In this document: piece after piece, positions 39,552-47,737 of the stretch
How positions within the stretch are numbered: position 1 is the stretch's first letter
How the letters are laid out: each line of letters begins with the position of its first letter
DNA from: Candidatus Obscuribacteraceae bacterium
GTDB lineage: Bacteria; Cyanobacteriota; Vampirovibrionia; Obscuribacterales; Obscuribacteraceae
Direction of reading: 5' to 3'
Assembly: GCA_044226015.1 (NCBI GenBank)
Contig: JBGAHS010000002.1
Coordinates: 593,571 to 657,570, forward strand
Length of the DNA: 64,000 nucleotides
The notes under the pieces: generated by a model
What the model saw: the letters and a program-made list of their open reading frames with translations, nothing else
What the model was told of the DNA's origin: nothing
The model's database searches: none
Program-made: the position numbers and the translations under genes

Positions 39552-39595
39552 AATAGAGGTGCGTGAGAACTTAACCGTGCACCTCTATTTTTTTT
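39552..39595 (+). terminator. Rho-independent terminator
   Basis: AATAGAGGTGC...GCACCTCTATT stem followed by a T-run. Confidence 0.85.
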
Positions 39596-39624
39596 CTTCC
39601 TAAACCCTGATTGTAGGCTCTGAA

Positions 39625-40092
39625 CTATTTGTCTTTGTTGCTAGGATTCATGCAACTGTGAATTGCGTTGTTCGACCTCACTAGCATCATAGGTTCATAA
39701 GCTGAACCACTGAGCTTCGCCCCCATCCAAACGGAATCATCAATATCGATAATCTTATATCGACCTTTCGATAACTCTTGCAGAGTTTCATTTACCCCGC
39801 CGACAACTGCACCCAGCCTGCTAGATGAGATGCTTTCAAATTCTTTCTCTAGCGGATTTTTTGCCGCAACGTGACGCCGAGCAAGCTCATAGTCCCAGGG
39901 CAGTGCGTGATTCATAAGCTCTTCTTTATCAGCCAAATAACTATATGCATCCCTTGCAAGTATTGCTGAGAGATCCTTCTCCTCTAAACCGAGTTCAGTC
40001 CCATTTCGTTCACGCGATTGATTCAATGCACCTTCATATGACTTGAGCAACTCCTTACAGAAATTTTCCACCAGCACTCGCTCCTCATGCAA
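39625..40092 (-). CDS. Hypothetical protein
   Basis: 155-aa ORF with TTG start; no recognised motif; start uncertain. Confidence 0.5.
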   Translation of the reverse strand: MHEERVLVENFCKELLKSYEGALNQSRERNGTELGLEEKDLSAILARDAYSYLADKEELMNHALPWDYELARRHVAAKNPLEKEFESISSSRLGAVVGGVNETLQELSKGRYKIIDIDDSVWMGAKLSGSAYEPMMLVRSNNAIHSCMNPSNKDK

Positions 40093-40235
40093 TACCTATA
40101 ATCCGTTGTCGTAACTGTAAAGGCGAACTCGTGATTTCATCGTGAATTTTGAGGAACGAGTGACGCTAGTACTGTCATTCCAGTTTTACAGCTCGAACAA
40201 GGTGTTAGAATTCAACCAGTTGCAAGATTAGTAAA

Positions 40236-40646
40236 TTGACCCAAAGCAAAAGACCAATTGGCAAACTGATTTCCCGCATTACTTGTGGGCTCCTCTTCGC
40301 AGCGGCGGGATTGAACCACTTCTGGAATCCCTCAATTTACTGCAAAATTATGCCAGCGTATCTTCCCTACCCTCTTGAGCTAGTCTACCTGAGCGGTGTC
40401 TGTGAAGTTCTTGGCGGACTGGGTCTTTTGATTCCACAGACAACTAATATGGCAGCCTGGGGTTTGCTTGCGCTGCTTCTGGCTGTTTATCCCGCCAACA
40501 TAAATATGGCAATGCATCCCGATATAACCCCCAAAATATCACCGCTCTTGTTGTACTTGAGGCTGCCGCTTCAGTTTTTATTGATGTATTGGGTCTGGAC
40601 ACTGAGAATCAGCGAAAACTCGATAAAGCAGAACATTGAAGATTAA
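40236..40646 (+). CDS. DoxX-like membrane protein
   Basis: AGLNHF...IMPAYLP...SGVCEVLGG...VYPANINMA...RLPLQ. Confidence 0.85.
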   Translation: MTQSKRPIGKLISRITCGLLFAAAGLNHFWNPSIYCKIMPAYLPYPLELVYLSGVCEVLGGLGLLIPQTTNMAAWGLLALLLAVYPANINMAMHPDITPKISPLLLYLRLPLQFLLMYWVWTLRISENSIKQNIED

Positions 40647-40936
40647 ACTCGCATCCGCAGATCTCAGTAGGTTTCGTGTGGTGTAAGATTAGCTCTACAA
40701 AATTCATTTCTTGCTGAATCTGTCGGCTCATTCGATAGTTTCAACATCTTTTTTAGCTCGGACATTCGCAGCCTGTGCGAAGTATTCGGTCGTGCCTTGG
40801 ATTTGCATGGGGAAAATAATCATGGACGAAAAATCCAGCAAGTCCACAACCGAGCAATTATCGTTCGATTCCCACACGCTTAAAGAGATGGATGCCACCT
40901 GGACTGAAACGTATCTGCCCAAAAAGGAGAAACGAA

Positions 40937-42085
40937 ATGTATTTCACAGATGATTCACTCTTGCCAGAAAATCAGGAACCACTAATCATCACTGCTGCGC
41001 CTTACGGACCAGTATGGCTGCCGTCCGACTACCCCGAGGACATTGCAGTAAGCTGGGATCAACAAGTGCAGAAAGCGGTTGATTGCTACAATGCAGGCGC
41101 CACGATGTTGCATATACATGTACGAGATCCAAAGACAGGCAAAATCTCAAAGAACTTCAAGGAATATGGTGAGTTGATCGGCCGCTTGCGTGAAGCTGTG
41201 CCAAAGATGATCTTGCAGGTCGGAGGCTCAATTTCATTCTCCCCGCCAGATGACCACAGCAAAGCGCAGTGGCAGGGATATGACACCAGGCACATGCTTA
41301 CCGAGTTGGATCCAAAACCTGACCAGGTTACTGTTGCAATTGGCTCATGCCAGTGGGATATCACTTCGCTGACAACGATGGATGATTGGGCCGGAACTCA
41401 CGTCGCAACCGAAGAGATGGTCTGGGCATTTTCGAACATGGTTGTAGATGCTTTGCCTGACTTCTACATTGAACACTTGAAGCGCCTGAGACAGCACGGA
41501 ATACAACCTTACTTCGCACTAGCCCATATTCACAGCCTGGAAATAGTTGAGCGACTCATACGCAGAGGACTCTATATGGGACCTGTAAATGGATTCTTCA
41601 GCATGGGAGGCGGTGGCGCATGCGGTGCCAATCCATTCGACTGGATGGAACTTATCCGCCGCACTCCACACGGCTCAGTTTTCACATATCAATCAGTTCA
41701 CCGCCTCTCTCATCCATTAGCAGCAATGATGATCGCTCTTGGTCAGCACACACGCGCTGGAATCGAAGAGAACCTGTGGGACACCACAAAAGGGAAGCGC
41801 CTCACAACGGTTCAGATGATCGAAAAGCAAGTGCGTATGGCTAACGAGCTTGGAAGAAAAATTGCCACCGGTGACGAAGCTCGACGAATTCTCAAAATAG
41901 GTACCTGGTACAACTCAGTTGAAGAAACGCTGCAAAACTTGGGGTTGCCACCAAATCGACAACATGGTCAAACCGGTTTCATCGGCTATCCGGCTACTGA
42001 CGGCAGACTTCGAAGCATGGTTGCGGCCGGTTCTGACGGACACCCACTTGCAGGGGAAATCGAACTGGAAAAAGTAGCTAAGTGA
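40937..42085 (+). CDS. 3-keto-5-aminohexanoate cleavage enzyme-like protein (BKACE, DUF849)
   Basis: IITAAPYGP, GATMLHIHVRD metal motif, RAGIEENL, ATGDEARRIL; AGGAGA before ATG at 40937. Confidence 0.9.
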   Translation: MYFTDDSLLPENQEPLIITAAPYGPVWLPSDYPEDIAVSWDQQVQKAVDCYNAGATMLHIHVRDPKTGKISKNFKEYGELIGRLREAVPKMILQVGGSISFSPPDDHSKAQWQGYDTRHMLTELDPKPDQVTVAIGSCQWDITSLTTMDDWAGTHVATEEMVWAFSNMVVDALPDFYIEHLKRLRQHGIQPYFALAHIHSLEIVERLIRRGLYMGPVNGFFSMGGGGACGANPFDWMELIRRTPHGSVFTYQSVHRLSHPLAAMMIALGQHTRAGIEENLWDTTKGKRLTTVQMIEKQVRMANELGRKIATGDEARRILKIGTWYNSVEETLQNLGLPPNRQHGQTGFIGYPATDGRLRSMVAAGSDGHPLAGEIELEKVAK

Positions 42086-42106
42086 ACATCGAACTAAAGT
42101 AAATCA

Positions 42107-42137
42107 AAGGGCGTCAGATATGGCGCCCTTCTTGTTT
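42107..42137 (+). terminator. Probable terminator hairpin after the BKACE gene
   Basis: AAGGGCGTCA-GATA-TGGCGCCCTT followed by CTTGTTT. Confidence 0.65.
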
Positions 42138-42222
42138 GCAGCAATCATAGCCTCCGGCAATCTCCGAAAACAATCTCAGAAACCACCCTCTAAAACGGCT
42201 GACGTAGAGCAAGCGGTCGAAT

Positions 42223-44475
42223 CTATCTTTGCTGAATTACAGGTTCGTCAGTGCGAGTCCACTTGCTCGAAAATAAGGGACGCAGGCTATTGAACGCAGC
42301 GAGAATAGCTGAACCATTGTTCAACAGTGTAGACATCGCAGGTCCAATCGCACCAGTCGCAGCCAGAGCCAATCCGACGCCGTTCGGTATGGCTACGAAA
42401 CTGAGATTCTCTCTAACAAGCCCCATAGCTTTGCGAGAAATGTCAATTGCTTCAGGCAAACGACTAAGATCATTATCAGTGAGCAGAACGTCTGAACTCT
42501 CTCTTGCAGCATCTGTTGCACTGTGGAGTGAGACCCCGAGATCAGCATGAGCCAGAGCAGGCGAGTCGTTGATGCCATCACCGACCACTGCCACCACAAA
42601 GCCTTCTTCCTTGAGTGATTTAACTAAGTTCGCTTTTTGCTCTGGGAACGAATTAGCGAATACATGATCGATTCCAGCAATCTTTGCAATAATTTTGGCA
42701 GCATGCTCATGATCGCCTGTCGCCATATAAATTCGCTTGATGCCTTGCTTTCTCAAGCGCTTAATTACCCGCGGAACCTCAGGACGCAGATTGTCTGCAT
42801 AACTGATCAACCCAGCGAGTTTTCCGTCAACAGCAACGTAAGCGACTGACTCACCTTTTTTGTGCAAAGCGTTTTCGACCGAATGGGCCGCTTGAATATC
42901 AATGTGTTCAGAATTCATGAAGCGACGGCTGCCAACCAAAACTTGCTTGCCTTCGACAGAAGCACCTACACCAAGCCCAGTCTTATGAGCAGACTCGTCT
43001 CTGTCGGGAATGCGGTCAAGGTGAGTTTTTGCATACCTCACAATGGCTCGAGCTGCTGGATGATGCAACCTCTCTTCAACTGCAGCGGCAAAGGCTAAGA
43101 CCTTTTTGTCGCTGTACTCGCCCAATGCCACCACATCTGATACCTGAGGTTCACCCAGGGTGAGCGTTCCAGTTTTATCTAGCACAATCGCATCGACTTG
43201 CGCCAGACGCTCTACCGCACCACCGCTCTTCATCAGAATGCCCAGTCGTCCTGCCCTTTGCATAGAAGCAAGAATTGCCGTGGGAGCAGAAATTCGTATG
43301 CCCGTAGAAAAATCAAAGATGAGAATAGACATCACGCGAGTTACGTTTCTCGTACATACTCCGCAGATGGCTGCCGTTGCCAGAATTGGCAAAACAAGCT
43401 TGTCCGCCAACTGTGAGGCATAGTTTTGAGTTCTCGTTTCAAAAACCGGTGCTGACTTCACCATTTCAATTACGCGTCCAGCCCGACTGTCTTTGACACT
43501 GGCTTCGCATCGAATATAAACCTTACCTTGTTCTAAATAAGTTCCAGCATAAACTGAATTATCAGCACTGACTTCGACCGGCACAGACTCACCAGTAAGA
43601 GCAGCCTGATTGACAGTGGCTATGCCTCTGATGACCACCCCGTCAACTGGCACAAGCTCACCTGGATAGACCACGACAAGGTCGCCGACACAGACCTGCT
43701 CTGCAGGAATACAAACGCGCTTGTTTCCTTTGACTATCCACGCCGAACAGCCAGCTAGCCCGAGCAAATTGTCCAGCATCTTCTGACAGCGCTGTGCCGT
43801 CAGCTCTCGAATATATTCGCCCAACCCGATCAAGGCAGTCATGAAACTAGCTGCATGCAAATTTTGCTGTGCGATCATCAAAATTGCAGCCAACCCATCT
43901 AAGCCGTCGACACCTATGCGCCCCTCATCAATAGCAGTCTGTGCAGCCCGTCCTGCTATCGGCAGAACGGCGAGACTGCTGAGAGTCGTGGTTGCCAATG
44001 CAGGTGCACCGATAAGAGCTGACGCGAATGCAGAGGCCCCAATCGCACACTGCACCACAGGCGGTGTTAATTGCTCAAGCTTGTGCAAGGCAAATCGAAG
44101 CATCAACTTTAGCTTCGTGAACAATCCAGGAATAAAAGCTTGAGTCTGCTTTATGCCAACAGGCATTTTACGCAGATTGGCGAGGAGGCGTTCTTGCGAA
44201 ATAACAGATTCATCAAAACTGATGACTACTGAGGCACACCAGGTGTTAACTCGAACAGAAAGTACACCTTCGATGTTTTGCGCTGCAAAAAGAAAAGACC
44301 GAGATAGTTTATGGTCAAAACCAAGCTCGTTGACTCTCAGCCTTATACGCCCCTTAACTGCATGCTGCAACTCAATACTGAGAAGCGTTCTTTCACCAGC
44401 TTGCTCGTTATTCTTTTCATTTTCTTCGACGATCGCTAAAGCGTCCGGTCGATTCTTTCCATCTGCAGCGTACAT
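42223..44475 (-). CDS. Heavy-metal P1B-type ATPase, P1B-6/FezB-like, with N-terminal HMA2-like domain
   Basis: HAVKGRIRLRV N-domain, LTGES, DKTGT, HHP, GDGINDSPAL; membrane motifs DFSTG and LLNNGS rather than CPC. Confidence 0.85.
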   Translation of the reverse strand: MYAADGKNRPDALAIVEENEKNNEQAGERTLLSIELQHAVKGRIRLRVNELGFDHKLSRSFLFAAQNIEGVLSVRVNTWCASVVISFDESVISQERLLANLRKMPVGIKQTQAFIPGLFTKLKLMLRFALHKLEQLTPPVVQCAIGASAFASALIGAPALATTTLSSLAVLPIAGRAAQTAIDEGRIGVDGLDGLAAILMIAQQNLHAASFMTALIGLGEYIRELTAQRCQKMLDNLLGLAGCSAWIVKGNKRVCIPAEQVCVGDLVVVYPGELVPVDGVVIRGIATVNQAALTGESVPVEVSADNSVYAGTYLEQGKVYIRCEASVKDSRAGRVIEMVKSAPVFETRTQNYASQLADKLVLPILATAAICGVCTRNVTRVMSILIFDFSTGIRISAPTAILASMQRAGRLGILMKSGGAVERLAQVDAIVLDKTGTLTLGEPQVSDVVALGEYSDKKVLAFAAAVEERLHHPAARAIVRYAKTHLDRIPDRDESAHKTGLGVGASVEGKQVLVGSRRFMNSEHIDIQAAHSVENALHKKGESVAYVAVDGKLAGLISYADNLRPEVPRVIKRLRKQGIKRIYMATGDHEHAAKIIAKIAGIDHVFANSFPEQKANLVKSLKEEGFVVAVVGDGINDSPALAHADLGVSLHSATDAARESSDVLLTDNDLSRLPEAIDISRKAMGLVRENLSFVAIPNGVGLALAATGAIGPAMSTLLNNGSAILAAFNSLRPLFSSKWTRTDEPVIQQR

Positions 44476-44494
44476 GTAAGGGATGCCTCAAAGA

Positions 44495-45172
44495 CTAATT
44501 GCCGTGCCCGTGACTGTGACCGTGCCCATTGCCGTCTTTCTTGTGGTGAGACTCAGCCTCTAGATGACTGCCGTTGCCATTCCCTTTGCCATTTGGCTGA
44601 TCAAACACTGAAGGATTTGCAATATTGAATCGCCAGTAAGTATCGAAAGCCCAATAAGCCAGAGCCAGAGGGGTAATGCCATGCCAGAAACTTCGAGTCT
44701 CGTAAGCCTTGAAGATCGCGGCAGCCAGAAACGCTGTTGGAACAACTGTCTTCAAGTCCGACGCCTGCCCCTTTAGTGGTATTAGTGACTTTCCTGCACC
44801 GCCGGAAGCAGCGCCACGTTCTCCAAGGAAGGCTTTAGCAACCATGCCAAGCAGTCCCATGCCTGCGGCGATGAGCCCAGCTCCACTTAAGACTTCGACA
44901 GCTTCGCCTTCGACCAGGGCGGTCAAAAGTTCGGTCTCTACAGCCTCAACCGTCTTGTGCAGCACTTCAAAGATAGGCATATCATGGTCATGATGAACCA
45001 AAACACTTCCGGTGTCCTGATTCAGCTCTACCTGCTTGACGCCAGGCTTCTTCTCAAGCTCCTTCTTAATCTCATGCATTCTATGCCTGTGAGCTTTTGG
45101 AACTTTAATTCGAGTTCTACCAGGAGAGTGATGAGCAACGCCTTTGGACACATGGCTCAGTCTGCTCGACAT
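44495..45172 (-). CDS. HMA2-domain membrane protein with His-rich tail (FezC-like)
   Basis: HHSPGRTRIKV...GVKQVELNQDTGSVLVHH, Gly-rich hydrophobic segments, PLALAYWAF, tail HHKKDGNGHGHSHGHGN. Confidence 0.75.
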   Translation of the reverse strand: MSSRLSHVSKGVAHHSPGRTRIKVPKAHRHRMHEIKKELEKKPGVKQVELNQDTGSVLVHHDHDMPIFEVLHKTVEAVETELLTALVEGEAVEVLSGAGLIAAGMGLLGMVAKAFLGERGAASGGAGKSLIPLKGQASDLKTVVPTAFLAAAIFKAYETRSFWHGITPLALAYWAFDTYWRFNIANPSVFDQPNGKGNGNGSHLEAESHHKKDGNGHGHSHGHGN

Positions 45173-45218
45173 TCAAACACCTCTAATGCAGCTATGCTGA
45201 AGGAATCCCAACAAAAGA

Positions 45219-45250
45219 AAACAGCACCGCCCAAACGAGCAGTGCTGTTT
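45219..45250 (-). terminator. Intra-operon hairpin/terminator after the small FezA-like gene
   Basis: AAACAGCAC...GTGCTGTTT inverted repeat, followed on the minus strand by TTTTCTTTT. Confidence 0.6.
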
Positions 45251-45257
45251 GCAAAGA

Positions 45258-45503
45258 CTAAGAGCTGCTCTTGGCAGAGATTTGCTTGCCTTGTGTTTTG
45301 CGCTCAGCTTGCACTTCAGCAACGAGATCATCGGCTTCTTCTTTAACTTCAGCCACAATCTCTTTCACTTTGTCAGACACCACAAGCCCTGCTCGAATGA
45401 CTTCCTTGCTAGCAGACTTTACTAACTTGCGGCCACCTGCGGTGCCGAATAGAAGTACTGCTGCGAGTGCCCAGGGGCTTCTGATTGCATCTTTCCAATC
45501 CAT
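45258..45503 (-). CDS. Small membrane-anchored protein (DUF5132/FezA-like)
   Basis: 81 aa: hydrophobic WALAAVLLFGTAGG (GxxxG), then amphipathic KEVIRAGL...VAEVKEEADDLVAEVQAE; AAGGAGAG ribosome-binding site. Confidence 0.7.
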   Translation of the reverse strand: MDWKDAIRSPWALAAVLLFGTAGGRKLVKSASKEVIRAGLVVSDKVKEIVAEVKEEADDLVAEVQAERKTQGKQISAKSSS

Positions 45504-45635
45504 TATTTCTCTCCTTAAATCCCGCTTAATCCCGCAAGAAAGAACCGTTATCTGGCTTTAGGGGAAAGCCGTCGAATTCGTTCAATTTATAGGCGTAAAC
45601 TACAAGTATATATCATTAGAGTAAAAATGGATCTG

Positions 45636-47678
45636 TCAGCGCTGGAGTTGCTCCAAAGCCTTTGCACAACTTTTCTTCTCTGCTTCAGCGCCAAGAGAAT
45701 CGTAAACAGAAATCAACATATTCCAGACATTCAGAGGGGCATCTCCACCCGTTATAGTTCGCAAAAGTTTTTGAGCTCGGTCAGCTTGGTCCAAGGCCTG
45801 CTGTTTTTTGTTCTCCTTAGCCAAAATTAGCGCCCTGTACACCCAGACACGAGCTACAGACTGAGGACTGGCTGTAGAAGCCTGCTCGGTAGAGAGTTCG
45901 TTCATCACATTTAAAACACAATTTGCAGATTTATAATCATCTACGCTGATGTAATAATCGAAGAGATCGCTTGTCGCAATAATTTTGTCGTGATAAGACA
46001 GTGCCGAACCTTTTGCAAACTTACATATTTCATTCCTGTACTCAGATTCTGAGCTGCTTTTACCTTCCTGAGAGTAAATCTTACATATAAGAACTTTAGC
46101 GAGGAATGTTTGTGTATTGTACTCAGGAGCCGTGACAGCAATTGCTTTCTCAGCTTCACTTATGGCTTCCGTGAACTTGCGTTGTTTCTCCAAAATCTGA
46201 GCAGAAATAACGTGACCATAAGTCAAAATGTATTTAGCTTTTTCGCGCGAAGCACTCTCGTAATCAAGATCGCTTGATTGCGAATCAAGCTCGCGTTGAG
46301 CGGCGGAAATTGCATGATTAACAAGACCGCTAATGTCACTCATATCGGCGTTTTTAGAGCCATCGAGTAACAAGCGCGCAAGATTAATTTCAGCATCAGC
46401 TGTTTCCAGCGAATTTGGTCCAAAGTCTTCCCTATAAACAGATACTATTTTCTTCCAATTCTCAGCCTGAATCGATTTGTCATTCGAAAATTGCGCCTGA
46501 CAGTTCGAAAAATGCATCAAGCTTTTCCTTCGTGCTGTTTTAACAGCCTGAAGGATGCCACCATTTGATTTCGATGCAATAATGCTGTCTAGTTCAGCCA
46601 ACGCATGTTTGTATAACTCAGAGGCTTCTTTGTACCGTCTATCTTCTCGTTTCGAATCAGCTTGCTTAATTTCAGCTTTCGCCTTCACCCATCGAGAGTC
46701 CACAACTTCTTGTGGGCTATTCTGCTTATTTGCAACAAAAATCGTATAAGCGAAACCAACAGTCAGCAGCAAAGCTGCAACAAACAAACCGCTCTTAAAA
46801 TGCTTCAGGGTCCTGGCACTTGAACTGCGGCTCTTCAGCTTCACTGGTTCATCTTCAAAAGCCTTTTGCATTTGCTTAATTACATCGCTCATCGATTGAG
46901 GACGCTGCGTTGGGTCTTTCTCCAAACAAGAATAGATGAGCCCCGGAAGGCGTGGTGGCAGCTCCAAGTCGTTGCGCACTGACTCCATAGGCGGTACCAC
47001 ATCATTAATATGCATCATCAACACATTTACCGAATTCTCAGCGGCAAATGGAGGGTTTCCGCAAAGCGCTTCGTACATTACACAACCTAGCGAATAGATG
47101 TCAGTTCTGTAATCGAGCTTCTGCCCCTTGCATTGCTCAGGGCTCATGTAAGCGGGACTGCCAACGAGGGCCCCCGTCTTGGTCAATTTATGCTCAGCGG
47201 ACTCGTTATCGTTTCGAGCAATTCCAAAATCCAACAACTTACTCGTTTCGATTTTCTCGTCAGTACAAAGCATTATGTTGCCAGGCTTTATATCTCGATG
47301 AACAACCCCATTGCTGTGGGCATACTCAAGAGCTGACACGACTTGCAGAAATACATGTTGAAATCTAGCAAGAGTTAAGGGACCATTTTGCTTCAGCTCC
47401 TGCGCAAGGGTTTGTCCCTTCAAAAATTCCATCACAAAGTAAGGACGGGAGTTCTCGGCGATACCAAATGAGAATATCTTGACTATATTTGGATGATCTA
47501 ACGCTGAGGTTGTCTTTGCTTCCCGTTTGAATCTTTGCAAACTGCTCTCATCGATCAGCTCGGTATCGGGCAGCATTTTAATCGCTACGATGCGCTCAGA
47601 AGCGAGTTGCAGCGCTTCATAAACGACCCCAGCGCCGCCTTCTCCTATAGTTCTGATGATTTCATATTGATCGAGCAT
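45636..47678 (-). CDS. Ser/Thr protein kinase with TM helix and TPR-like C-terminus
   Basis: GEGGAG, VAIK, HRDIKPGN, DFG, GSPAYMSPEQ; TM GLFVAALLLTVGFAYTIFV. Confidence 0.92.
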   Translation of the reverse strand: MLDQYEIIRTIGEGGAGVVYEALQLASERIVAIKMLPDTELIDESSLQRFKREAKTTSALDHPNIVKIFSFGIAENSRPYFVMEFLKGQTLAQELKQNGPLTLARFQHVFLQVVSALEYAHSNGVVHRDIKPGNIMLCTDEKIETSKLLDFGIARNDNESAEHKLTKTGALVGSPAYMSPEQCKGQKLDYRTDIYSLGCVMYEALCGNPPFAAENSVNVLMMHINDVVPPMESVRNDLELPPRLPGLIYSCLEKDPTQRPQSMSDVIKQMQKAFEDEPVKLKSRSSSARTLKHFKSGLFVAALLLTVGFAYTIFVANKQNSPQEVVDSRWVKAKAEIKQADSKREDRRYKEASELYKHALAELDSIIASKSNGGILQAVKTARRKSLMHFSNCQAQFSNDKSIQAENWKKIVSVYREDFGPNSLETADAEINLARLLLDGSKNADMSDISGLVNHAISAAQRELDSQSSDLDYESASREKAKYILTYGHVISAQILEKQRKFTEAISEAEKAIAVTAPEYNTQTFLAKVLICKIYSQEGKSSSESEYRNEICKFAKGSALSYHDKIIATSDLFDYYISVDDYKSANCVLNVMNELSTEQASTASPQSVARVWVYRALILAKENKKQQALDQADRAQKLLRTITGGDAPLNVWNMLISVYDSLGAEAEKKSCAKALEQLQR

Positions 47679-47737
47679 CTCTAGCGATTATCTCAGATCA
47701 AAGCAAAATCAAGAAGTCTTGATGTTATATTAGCGGA

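Noticed and set aside
45595..45625. Full Fur box upstream of the fez-like cluster
   Set aside because: Only one half-site is present, with no 7-1-7 palindrome.
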